From a virus, in IMG/VR virus record IMGVR_UViG_3300028892_001354: a stretch of 44,111 nucleotides of DNA, one strand, 5' to 3'. Shown here piece by piece: positions 34,755-42,923 of this stretch (the first letter of the stretch is position 1; each line of letters begins with the position of its first letter). Under the pieces are notes generated by a model. The model saw only the letters and a program-made list of their open reading frames with translations, made no database searches and had not been told where the DNA came from. Made by a program: the position numbers and the translations under genes.

Positions 34755-34791
34755 ATACTATAAATGATAGGTATATTGTCATTTATAGTAT
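34755..34791. promoter_or_regulatory. 13-bp-arm inverted repeat, candidate operator upstream of the XRE repressor
   Basis: ATACTATAAATGA-N11-TCATTTATAGTAT. Confidence 0.45.
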
Positions 34792-35234
34792 AATGATTTA
34801 TTATTAATCTTTTTTTGGAAATAAATATAAGAACTTATGTTCTAATTTTGTTTAATTGGTGGTAATATATGCATATAAGATCTTGAAATACGCAAATAAA
34901 TGATTGTATATTTTTATCCGTGAAACACAAGAAACGTTGATATGTAAAGGTTTCTCAACTTTCTCAACTATTATCTGATAATCGTAGGACTGAATATTGG
35001 GAAATTTGTGGTATCATGAGGGTAACTAAAAACGGACGCAAAGAAAAGACCCACGGTATAAATGGTGTTGATCGCACCATTTATACTGCCTCCCTAGTCA
35101 TGGTAGGGAAACATTGTCGCGAGTCTTGTACACACTTATTATAACACAACTTAGAGTTTAAGTGACGCGTTTTCCTTTATATGTAAGAAGTTGCGGAGTT
35201 GACGTGTCTTTTTGTCCAAAGGAGGACAAATTTC

Positions 35235-36443
35235 ATGGAAGTTGTATTGGATTTGAAAGACATGAAGCAAAAATTGGAATCGAACGGTTACACAAATCGT
35301 AAATTAGCAACGCGTTTCAAAGTGACTCATACAACGGTAAATAGTTATTTTAACAAACAAGGAAAATTTGATTTTATGCATTTTGTTGACTCTTTAAGAT
35401 TATATGAACCTAAGGATGTTAAATTTAGAAGAGAATGCATTAAAGAAATAATTCCTACATTATCACATAGAAATTTAAAATTAGCCCTTGAAGTATTGGA
35501 TATGTTTGGTGAATATGATCTGCAAGAATTAGTAATTGAAAGGATAATGAATTCAAACGAGAAAAAAGATGAAAAAAAGAAAGGTAATTCATTAACTGTA
35601 CGGACAAATATAAGGCTTGCTAAATTTTATCAACTTCTGAGAAAAAGAAGTGAAGGTAATATTACAGCAAATGATTTCTTTGAAGAAGTGGATAAGAAAA
35701 GAAAATCACAAAAGAATACAGAAAATGACTTAATGATTGTCTCTGATTTTAGTGCGATGTATTCTTACTTAGATTTCAGTAACTACACAAAAGTTAACGA
35801 GTATATTCAAAGTGTGTTGCCACGAATCGAGCAGGTTAGTAAGCATACAAATCAAAATTCATTTTCACTTCGAATTAAAGAAATGCAAATTTCTATCAAA
35901 ATGCATAGTGAAGGTAATATTAATGGAGCTAGAGATATTTGTTTAGAAATATTAAATGATCCATACAATTATTATATAAGCACAAAAGCAATCGCTTATT
36001 GTAAACTAGGTGAAAGCTATGCATTAACCGATTACGAAAAAGCTAAAGATTATATTTATACTGCACTTGAGATTCTGGGTAATCCAACAAATAAAAAATT
36101 GAAAATTAGAAAAGAAAGAATACTTAATGTGCTATTATTTCTAAAGATTTATCATGGGAAAGACCTAGATACAATTGATCGAACGAAACTTGATTTAGCG
36201 GAACTTGCATTCTTTTATATTAAAACAGGTAAGAAGGGTGAAGCCTTAGAGATACTACGTGGTCTTAAACGACAGAATGGTTATCTAAGTAGTTTTCAAT
36301 TGTATTACATGGGGATTGCAATTGGAGGCGCTGAAGGTAAAAAATATTTAGAAATGTCCATAGAAAGTTTTTCTAAAACAGGCGATAATTTCTATATTTC
36401 ACTACCTATTAATGAATTGAAATGTTATAATAAGGTTATCTAA
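35235..36443 (+). CDS. aimR: AimR-like arbitrium peptide receptor (HTH plus TPR, RRNPP family)
   Basis: N-terminal HTH (NRKLATRFKVTHTTVNSYF) and a long helical repeat body. The C-terminus SIESFSKTGDNFYISLPINELKCYN resembles, as I recall it, the phi3T AimR C-terminus SIEYFKKSNDKFLIRLPLLELQKMG. Followed by a short secreted-peptide gene. Confidence 0.8.
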   Translation: MEVVLDLKDMKQKLESNGYTNRKLATRFKVTHTTVNSYFNKQGKFDFMHFVDSLRLYEPKDVKFRRECIKEIIPTLSHRNLKLALEVLDMFGEYDLQELVIERIMNSNEKKDEKKKGNSLTVRTNIRLAKFYQLLRKRSEGNITANDFFEEVDKKRKSQKNTENDLMIVSDFSAMYSYLDFSNYTKVNEYIQSVLPRIEQVSKHTNQNSFSLRIKEMQISIKMHSEGNINGARDICLEILNDPYNYYISTKAIAYCKLGESYALTDYEKAKDYIYTALEILGNPTNKKLKIRKERILNVLLFLKIYHGKDLDTIDRTKLDLAELAFFYIKTGKKGEALEILRGLKRQNGYLSSFQLYYMGIAIGGAEGKKYLEMSIESFSKTGDNFYISLPINELKCYNKVI

Positions 36444-36462
36444 GCAAGGGGTGGTGGAATGT

Positions 36463-36603
36463 TTGAAGTCTAAGTTATTTAAAGTTATTTTAACAATTGC
36501 GGCAGCTGCAACTTTTACATTTGCACCAGCTACAAAGCAGGAGAAAGTTAAAAATGTAGACGCGCCAGTAATGTATATGGACCCAAATCCGGGTGGCGGT
36601 TGA
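36463..36603 (+). CDS. aimP: AimP-like signalling pre-pro-peptide (46 aa)
   Basis: Not in the ORF track (<60 aa, TTG start). RBS AAGGGGTGGTGG lies 6 nt upstream. MKSKLFKVILTIAAAATFTFAPA is a signal peptide. C-terminus ...VMYMDPNPGGG. Starts 20 nt after the aimR stop. Confidence 0.7.
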   Translation: MKSKLFKVILTIAAAATFTFAPATKQEKVKNVDAPVMYMDPNPGGG

Positions 36604-36623
36604 TTTTTATAAATAATAATATT

Positions 36624-36659
36624 AGAAATGACACTATCAAATTTGATAGTGTCATTTCT
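36624..36659. promoter_or_regulatory. 36-bp perfect palindrome; candidate AimR operator and/or aimP terminator
   Basis: AGAAATGACACTATCAAA|TTTGATAGTGTCATTTCT, with no mismatch. Confidence 0.6.
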
Positions 36660-36767
36660 GCTTTATAGAGAATGGAAACTTTTTTGATGAAACAATATAA
36701 AAAACGACAAAAACTTTCCATCTTAGATGATGTACATAAAATAAAGAGGATGTAGGGGGAATTAATA

Positions 36768-36929
36768 ATGAATGTAGCAGTAGCTCAGGATAAAAATACT
36801 TTAGAGAAAAATGACTTATCTACTAATCTATGGGAATTATTAAAGAAAGGAGAAACGGATGGAGGAGCTAGGAATCATATCGATGCAATTAAGGAGTCAC
36901 TTAAAAGAAGAAAAAAAAATGATTGTTAG
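36768..36929 (+). CDS. 53-aa ORF in the aimX-equivalent position
   Basis: RBS GTAGGGGGA precedes the ATG at 36768. Followed by the hairpin GATTGTTAGC-GCTCAT-GCTAACAATC, shared with the convergent repressor gene. Confidence 0.45.
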   Translation: MNVAVAQDKNTLEKNDLSTNLWELLKKGETDGGARNHIDAIKESLKRRKKNDC

Positions 36930-36948
36930 CGCTCATGCTAACAATCAT

Positions 36949-37287
36949 TTACTTACTATCTGGGCTTAATCCAGCCTTTATCCATTTTAAATACATTTCT
37001 TGTTCTGCTTCTGGCATATTTTGCAACATCTCATAAATTTCATCAAATTCTTGTTTTAGTTTAGAATGCTGTACCCTATTTAATTGTGGATCGTCTGAAA
37101 ATCCAAGTAAATAGTCAGATGTACACCCTAAAACTTCTGCAAATACGGAAACGGACCGCTCGCTTCGATCTCGTTTATTATTTTCTATTAATGATATAGT
37201 GGCCTTTTTTAAACCTACGGCTTCTCCAAGTTCATCTTGGTTCCAACCTTTTAATTTCCTCAGTTGTTTTACCCTATCTCCACGCAT
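36949..37287 (-). CDS. CI-like XRE-family repressor (112 aa)
   Basis: WNQDELGEAVGLKKATISLIENNKR HTH with a C-terminal helical tail. Divergent from the cro-like gene, with an operator-rich intergenic region between them. Confidence 0.85.
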   Translation of the reverse strand: MRGDRVKQLRKLKGWNQDELGEAVGLKKATISLIENNKRDRSERSVSVFAEVLGCTSDYLLGFSDDPQLNRVQHSKLKQEFDEIYEMLQNMPEAEQEMYLKWIKAGLSPDSK

Positions 37288-37329
37288 AAATTATCCACTC
37301 TTTTCTATAAAATGATTTCACTTATAGTC

Positions 37330-37373
37330 AGTTAAGTTATATTCAGTTAACTTAAGTTAATGTTAGTTAAGTT
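37330..37373. promoter_or_regulatory. Operator family 1: AGTTAAGTT x3, including the 14-bp palindrome TTAACTTAAGTTAA
   Basis: Sites at 37330-37338, 37347-37360 and 37365-37373, proximal to the cI-like gene. Confidence 0.6.
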
Positions 37374-37402
37374 GATGTGTAATTAAGTACATTCTATTAC
37401 AA

Positions 37403-37499
37403 AAGTTTGATAGAATCAAACTTTTGTAATAGTTAGAACCAGCTGCAAATGACGAAAAAAGAAAAAAATTTAAATAAAAAGTTTACATTTTGCAAACTT
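37403..37499. promoter_or_regulatory. Operator family 2 (AAGTTT-N9-AAACTT): sites O1 (37403-37423) and O2 (37479-37499)
   Basis: O1 lies within an 18-bp-arm perfect palindrome (37394-37432). O2 overlaps the candidate promoter TTTACA-17-TAAAAT (37482-37510) of the cro-like gene. Confidence 0.6.
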
Positions 37500-37544
37500 C
37501 TTGATAAAATTCAAAGTGTAAAGTATAAGCGAGGTGAAATTAAA

Positions 37545-37748
37545 ATGAAATTTGACAGCGAGAAAGTGTCAACTTTGCTTAGAAAGAGGAAAATGAAACA
37601 AATAGACCTAGCATCCGCTATAGATCGTGCACCTTCGACTGTTTCATTGTATTTAAGTGGGAAAAGTGAACCAGGAAGAAAGGCCCTGATTGCAATGTCA
37701 GAAGTTCTAGATACTCCAATAAGTGATTTTTTGAAATCAGATAATTAA
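37545..37748 (+). CDS. Cro-like XRE-family HTH protein (67 aa)
   Basis: MKQIDLASAIDRAPSTVSLYLSGKSEP HTH. RBS GAGGTGAAA precedes the ATG at 37545. Confidence 0.8.
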   Translation: MKFDSEKVSTLLRKRKMKQIDLASAIDRAPSTVSLYLSGKSEPGRKALIAMSEVLDTPISDFLKSDN

Positions 37749-37797
37749 TGCACCATGACATAAAATCGAATTTTATCGGTTTATTTTTTTAAACTAA

Positions 37798-37864
37798 AAG
37801 TTTGCAAAATGAAAACTTAAATAAATTACAAAATGAAATTTAAAAGTTTGCGAAAAATAAACTT
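37798..37864. promoter_or_regulatory. Operator family 2: sites O3 (37798-37818) and O4 (37844-37864), upstream of the antirepressor gene
   Basis: Both are AAGTTT-N9-AAACTT. O4 ends 13 nt before the ATG at 37878. Confidence 0.55.
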
Positions 37865-37877
37865 AGGAGGGTTTGCG

Positions 37878-38552
37878 ATGAGTCAACTACAAGCAATACA
37901 GCATCCAGTTAGTCACTTGGTATTCGTAGAAGGAAATGAACTTGTTACTGATAGTTTAAAGGTTGCACAGGTTTTCGATAAACGTCATGCAGATGTGCTA
38001 AAAAGTATTGAATCCTTAAACTGTACCCAAGATTTTAGCGAACGAAATTTTTCGTCGGCTGAATATAAGGATACCCAACAGAAGTCGAGACCTAAATATT
38101 TACTTAAACGCGATGGTTTGATGTTTCTAGTTATGGGATATACGGGTGAAAAAGCAGCTCATATGAAAGAAAGTTACATAAATGAATTTAACCGTATGGA
38201 ACAACACATCAAACAAAGCATGCACCCGTTACAAATGATTAACATCATGACAACAGAAATGATGAGTCAGGGTGATCGCTTAGGGAAGTTAGAACATGCT
38301 GTACAAGAACGCATGACAGTCGATTATAGTCAACAATCAGCGCTTAGAAATGCAGTTAATCGCAGAATATGTAAGCTCTGGGATGCAGGGACATATAATG
38401 TCGCAGTACACGATAGTAAAAATAAACTATTTGCAGCGATTTGGAAAGATGTTAAAAATTCATTTGCTGTAAATAGTTATCGCAACATTCGCCAAAGGGA
38501 ATTTGATGAGGCGATTAGCTACATTAAAGCATGGCGTCCAAGATTAGTTTAA
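37878..38552 (+). CDS. Rha-family phage regulatory protein / antirepressor
   Basis: VFVEGNELVTDSLKVAQVFDKRHADVLKSI...RPKYLLKRDGLMFLVMGYTGEKAAHMKESYINEFNRME matches the Phage_pRha signature. Confidence 0.85.
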   Translation: MSQLQAIQHPVSHLVFVEGNELVTDSLKVAQVFDKRHADVLKSIESLNCTQDFSERNFSSAEYKDTQQKSRPKYLLKRDGLMFLVMGYTGEKAAHMKESYINEFNRMEQHIKQSMHPLQMINIMTTEMMSQGDRLGKLEHAVQERMTVDYSQQSALRNAVNRRICKLWDAGTYNVAVHDSKNKLFAAIWKDVKNSFAVNSYRNIRQREFDEAISYIKAWRPRLV

Positions 38553-38567
38553 CAAGGGGGAAGAAAG

Positions 38568-38912
38568 ATGATTGACTTAAATTCATTTGCTAATGGAGCG
38601 TTAGCAGAACAATTTAATAGTGAATTTCAAAAAGTAATGGAAAATATGTCTGATATAAATACTGATCCAAAAAAGGTAAGAAAAATTGTCCTAACACTTT
38701 CAATTACAGGTAATGACAAACGTGATGTGTGTGCTTGTAAAGTACAAACTAAATCAACTTTAGTGCCAGCAGATGAAGTTGAGTCAAAAATCTTAATTAA
38801 CCATGATGGTAGTGGAAATGTAACTGGAAAAGAGCTACTTTCTGGAGTTAAAGGACAAATGTTTATAAGTGCTGAGGGAGAAATTTTAAATGATGTAGGG
38901 GGGAGGTCTTAA
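38568..38912 (+). CDS. Hypothetical early protein (114 aa)
   Basis: RBS AAGGGGGAAG. Confidence 0.6.
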   Translation: MIDLNSFANGALAEQFNSEFQKVMENMSDINTDPKKVRKIVLTLSITGNDKRDVCACKVQTKSTLVPADEVESKILINHDGSGNVTGKELLSGVKGQMFISAEGEILNDVGGRS

Positions 38913-38916
38913 TAAA

Positions 38917-39096
38917 ATGGATATTTCATTAGTTGAGAATACCAATGCCGTTTGTATCTTTGGTTTAGGGTTCGCATTACTAGTGTTAGGAATATACAAA
39001 GGCGGCAGCTGTATCGAGGTAAAACTCGATGCAGCTGAACACAAACAAGAACAGGAAGTGAATGTAATTGGGAATAAGAGACAGAGTGCTTCCTGA
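38917..39096 (+). CDS. 59-aa single-pass membrane protein
   Basis: Below the track cutoff. RBS GGGGGAGG precedes the ATG at 38917. AVCIFGLGFALLVLGIY is a TM segment. Confidence 0.5.
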   Translation: MDISLVENTNAVCIFGLGFALLVLGIYKGGSCIEVKLDAAEHKQEQEVNVIGNKRQSAS

Positions 39097-39142
39097 GCAT
39101 GTACAAAGAGCTGCACTTTTAGAGGAGAAACTTCGGGAATAC

Positions 39143-39415
39143 ATGATGAATCGTAAATTATTACTCTCTCAATGTGAAAGGACAATGAATTCTGGTGAGT
39201 ACACAGCTGCTCAAGAATTAAAGAAACTTAGTGATAAACAATCTGAGGAAGTATATGAAGTTGAAATGGAACTTATAGATCTGTACATGAAAAAACAGAA
39301 GAGTAATCAAAGCTTTAGAAATAAAGAAAGAAAAGAAGTTTTGAAGGTTGCTAAACAACTAGAGGCAGTTAGCGGAAGTTCAAAAGTAGTAGAAGAAATC
39401 GAAAAAAGTGTATAA
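39143..39415 (+). CDS. Hypothetical coiled-coil protein (90 aa)
   Basis: RBS AGAGGAGAAA precedes the ATG at 39143. Confidence 0.5.
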   Translation: MMNRKLLLSQCERTMNSGEYTAAQELKKLSDKQSEEVYEVEMELIDLYMKKQKSNQSFRNKERKEVLKVAKQLEAVSGSSKVVEEIEKSV

Positions 39416-39561
39416 AAAAATACCCATTTGCGAGATGGGTAGTTAAGAAATAATTTACATTTGCAATTATAACACATTAGAACACAGAAACGTACTAGCG
39501 GCCATGCAATAAGTACGTTAAATATAAACGATTAAAAATTAAAAACAGGGAGCTGAAAATA

Positions 39562-40062
39562 ATGAATGTTTTGTTGTTCGATAATAGTGAATGGTGTGAT
39601 ATCTGTAGTGCTGTAATTCCAGATGTTGAAGTGAAAAATATGCATATTGAGGGATGCGAAAAAACGCTTTGTAAATCTTGTCGTGGTGAAATGGAGCTTA
39701 AATTAAAAGTAGTTGAAACGTTAGTAATCAAAGATATGCTAACGGCTCTTACAAAGGGATACGGAATGAAGTTTGTGCGACAATTCAATTTGATTAAAGC
39801 TGAACAGTATGTGAAAGAAAATGATATAACTTTAGAAATTGAAAAACGCGGTGGGAAGTTTAATCAGGAAAAGCTAGGTGAATTTGTATCCCTTTCTACA
39901 AATGAAATTGTATCGATTCTACAATACTTACAAAAAAAGTTTGGTACTCATTTATGGATGAATGCAGTTGTTGGCGCGTTATTAGATAAAGGACTTGTAT
40001 ACACTCTGCAGTTAGAAGAAGGTGAGCGCCATGACCGAACAACTAGCATTAGTACTGAGTGA
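39562..40062 (+). CDS. Hypothetical protein with an N-terminal CxxC...C...CxxC Zn-finger
   Basis: WCDICSAV...GCEKTLCKSCRGE. RBS CAGGGAGC. Confidence 0.6.
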   Translation: MNVLLFDNSEWCDICSAVIPDVEVKNMHIEGCEKTLCKSCRGEMELKLKVVETLVIKDMLTALTKGYGMKFVRQFNLIKAEQYVKENDITLEIEKRGGKFNQEKLGEFVSLSTNEIVSILQYLQKKFGTHLWMNAVVGALLDKGLVYTLQLEEGERHDRTTSISTE

Positions 40063-40435
40063 TTCCATAGCACAACCTTCTATTGTGGAAAGTACACCTT
40101 TTGAAATAAGAAAAGCACATGTGAAAAATCGACCTGGACTCGTGAGCTTCGCAGATGTCTTGGCAATCATTCCTTGCGATGTCTGGAGCGCGGACGAGCT
40201 GCCGCGCTCTACAAAACAAGATAATCACTTTGATATGTATATGGATTATGCAACAGCGATATGGCGCTATAGAAGAAGCGAGGACAAGCATTTCGCTTGG
40301 GATACCGCAGAGGAGATTTGCTGTGCGGCAAGGGAATCGCAAGAACCGCAACCATTAAGGATTTACTTGGATAGCGGATTTAAACCGCAATATGTAGTGG
40401 AATACCAAATTGATATATGGAGGAACAAAATATGA
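40031..40435 (+). CDS. Hypothetical protein (134 aa)
   Basis: RBS GAAGGTGAG precedes the ATG at 40031. Confidence 0.55.
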   Translation: MTEQLALVLSDSIAQPSIVESTPFEIRKAHVKNRPGLVSFADVLAIIPCDVWSADELPRSTKQDNHFDMYMDYATAIWRYRRSEDKHFAWDTAEEICCAARESQEPQPLRIYLDSGFKPQYVVEYQIDIWRNKI

Positions 40436-40899
40436 AAATTGCTGTAGCGATTGTAAAGGTACCACAATTTATCAAAACGCCATTTGAAGTGGGTGAATGG
40501 GTAGTGTTTGAAGGTGAAGATTACACAACGTATGCAGAGGTGCAAGGTATTGATATCAATCCTCAAAACGGTCGTATCAAAGTGTTAGGTACTTGGGGCA
40601 ATGAATTGGTTATAAACGTAGGGGATAAAGGATGGCAATTTGCTGATCAGTGTCGTAAAGCAACGGAAGACGAACAGTATCGGGAAGAGCGTCGCAGAGT
40701 ATTTGCTGCTAAAGGTAGAAAAAATAATGAATTTCATTCGTGTGATTTTGTAAGTAATGATAAGGCGGTTCTAACTGTACAGCACCAAGATACCGAAACC
40801 GGTCTTGTAACAGTATTAGTAAACAATTCAGATGAAAGTTTTCCGATAGATCCTAAAGAGCTAGAAATCATATTTTTCGCGGAAGACATGGCAGGTTAA
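40432..40899 (+). CDS. Hypothetical protein (155 aa)
   Basis: RBS TGGAGGAAC precedes the ATG at 40432. ATGA-type overlap with the upstream gene. Confidence 0.6.
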   Translation: MKIAVAIVKVPQFIKTPFEVGEWVVFEGEDYTTYAEVQGIDINPQNGRIKVLGTWGNELVINVGDKGWQFADQCRKATEDEQYREERRRVFAAKGRKNNEFHSCDFVSNDKAVLTVQHQDTETGLVTVLVNNSDESFPIDPKELEIIFFAEDMAG

Positions 40900-41166
40900 T
40901 CCATCATGGATAAGGATACATTAATTGTTTTTGTAATATTCAGTCTTATAACAGCTATAGCAATTAGGGTATTCAATAAGATTCAAAAGTAAAACAGGTA
41001 AGGCAGCAGGTGAACCAAGCAATTGCAGAAACAAAAAATGATAAATCGGTTAATAGATTCGAAGTGCTACAGACTTAAAGACCGTCAATTGTGGGAATTG
41101 GACGAGCTAGAATTGACGGTCTTATTGATAGTGACAACTATAAAACAGCTAAAGGGGATAAATAAT

Positions 41167-41463
41167 ATGAAGTTTGAAATTAAATGTTCATGTGGAATGA
41201 ATGTACTGGCTAGTTTGGTTGAAAAAGAATTTGAAAATGAAGCCCCAGTTACAACTGTGTTGCCAATCATTGCGACGGAAGATAATGGTATTGGTGGGAT
41301 TATGGTAAATGCAGAAGAAAAAGCAATTCATGTGAAATGCACTAATTGTAATAAAACGGCGCGATTCTTATTAGAAATACCTTTAGAAGTGGATAACTCA
41401 GAAGAGGTACCGGAAATGGATTGGTCAAAAGTTTCCTTTGCTGAACAGGAGGGAAACCGATGA
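41167..41463 (+). CDS. Hypothetical Zn-ribbon protein (98 aa; CSCG...CTNC)
   Basis: The ATG at 41167 follows AAAGGGGA. The upstream part of the track ORF contains a 13-bp-arm hairpin and is probably non-coding. Confidence 0.5.
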   Translation: MKFEIKCSCGMNVLASLVEKEFENEAPVTTVLPIIATEDNGIGGIMVNAEEKAIHVKCTNCNKTARFLLEIPLEVDNSEEVPEMDWSKVSFAEQEGNR

Positions 41464-41912
41464 ACAGCCCTACATACAAGTATCATATTTCAACAGTCTT
41501 TCCGCAGTGGAGATGTGATCATATTGTTGTTAAGGAAAGTGAAGAAAAAGCAAAATACCACTATTACAAACAATTTAAGAAACAACATTTTATAGATATG
41601 CCATATGAACAGTTTGAAAGATTCATTACTTGTAAGTATTTAGGAATAGTCGATATAACTACACTGTTTGGAAAAGAAGTACCATTTCGAAAAATGTGTA
41701 ACCAAAGAAGAATTCCCTTTGCAAAACGTGGTATGCGTGTCGAAGCACAGGGGAGATTAGGGACGATCGTCGGGAATTGTAAAAATGATTTGTTCATTGT
41801 ATTGGATGATAACCCTTATAAATTCAGATTCAATCCCCATTGGGAAATTGTTTACTTTAATGAAGATGGAACTATTATTAAAGATTTTCGTAAAGGAGTA
41901 AATGCACAATGA
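41460..41912 (+). CDS. Hypothetical protein (150 aa)
   Basis: ATGA overlap. RBS CAGGAGGGAAA. Confidence 0.6.
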   Translation: MNSPTYKYHISTVFPQWRCDHIVVKESEEKAKYHYYKQFKKQHFIDMPYEQFERFITCKYLGIVDITTLFGKEVPFRKMCNQRRIPFAKRGMRVEAQGRLGTIVGNCKNDLFIVLDDNPYKFRFNPHWEIVYFNEDGTIIKDFRKGVNAQ

Positions 41913-42490
41913 GACATACATTTAACTTGCATATCATTACTAAAGAAGAGACGGGCCAAACATTTGATATTAGTGAATTAATGGAAATGCAAAGGGCACT
42001 TGATAAGCGTATTGGTTATAAAGGTAATGACAAATTAGACATGTTGTTCCGTGCGTTGATGGTGGAGATAGGTGAGGCTTGGAATGAAACAAGGGCATTC
42101 AAAATGTGGAGTGTAGGGTTTGGGACTCCCAAAGATGGCTTATTAGTGGAATTAGTTGATGGGTTCCATTTCCTTATGAACATTGTAATTGAATTAGATC
42201 GTTATACATTAAAACGAAGAATCGCATCAACGTTTTGTGAGCAGTACATTATGAAGAAAAACATATTAAATGTGAACATGTTGTTTGAATGGTATATGCA
42301 GGATATTTTAACTGCAAAGCGTGCATGGTGCCAATATAGGGACTTAAATGTAACTCTAACACATTTACATAAGGCTTTCGGTATTTTCTTCCGTCTTTGC
42401 TATTTGTACGGATATACCTATGAGGATATTGTACGGGCGTATAAAGAAAAGAATAAAGAAAATTTTGATCGCCAGGAAAGCGGTTATTGA
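41909..42490 (+). CDS. dut: Dimeric (all-alpha) dUTPase-family protein
   Basis: MEMQRALDKRIGY..., ALMVEIGEAWNETRAFKMWS and LLVELVDGFHFLMNIVIEL match the dUTPase_2 family pattern. Confidence 0.7.
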   Translation: MRHTFNLHIITKEETGQTFDISELMEMQRALDKRIGYKGNDKLDMLFRALMVEIGEAWNETRAFKMWSVGFGTPKDGLLVELVDGFHFLMNIVIELDRYTLKRRIASTFCEQYIMKKNILNVNMLFEWYMQDILTAKRAWCQYRDLNVTLTHLHKAFGIFFRLCYLYGYTYEDIVRAYKEKNKENFDRQESGY

Positions 42491-42491
42491 T

Positions 42492-42653
42492 ATGTATAAG
42501 TTTGTTATCACTTATGAAATACCACCAATGCAAGGAACATTAAATGTAGATATAAATGCAAAAGACGCAGATGAAGCTTTATATATTGCTAGAAACTTTT
42601 TACCGCGTGCTGCTACAGTGCGCGGCGCTAAACCAAAGTATTTTCAAATTTGA
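42492..42653 (+). CDS. Hypothetical 53-aa protein
   Basis: The ATG lies 1 nt after the dUTPase stop. Confidence 0.45.
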   Translation: MYKFVITYEIPPMQGTLNVDINAKDADEALYIARNFLPRAATVRGAKPKYFQI

Positions 42654-42680
42654 ATTTTGTACAAAAGTGAGGGATAAGGG

Positions 42681-42884
42681 ATGGAACAATGTGAGTATTG
42701 TACTGGAAATTCGTATAAACGAAAGCCACTGATGCAAAACGGTAAAGGCGATTATTACGTCTCTATAAACAGTTGTAATTATTTAGAGGATAGTGAAGTT
42801 GGAGATAGAAACGTTAAGTTTTCTTTATTTGGAGAAAGAATAAATTTCTGTCCTATGTGTGGCAGGGAATTAAAAGAAAACTAA
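42681..42884 (+). CDS. Zn-ribbon protein (CEYC...CPMCG)
   Basis: RBS GTGAGGGATAAGGG. Confidence 0.6.
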   Translation: MEQCEYCTGNSYKRKPLMQNGKGDYYVSINSCNYLEDSEVGDRNVKFSLFGERINFCPMCGRELKEN

Positions 42885-42923
42885 ACAAAAGCGTTATTTG
42901 AAAATAAATTGGGGGAATGAGAA

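Noticed and set aside
39424-39445. Hairpin TACCCAT-N7-ATGGGTA, preceded by an A8 run, after the 39143..39415 gene. It would read as a terminator on the minus strand.
   Set aside because: - No credible minus-strand gene lies upstream of it; ORF 39495..39788 (minus) looks spurious.
- It most likely acts as a weak + strand stop or stability element.
- Its function cannot be resolved from sequence.
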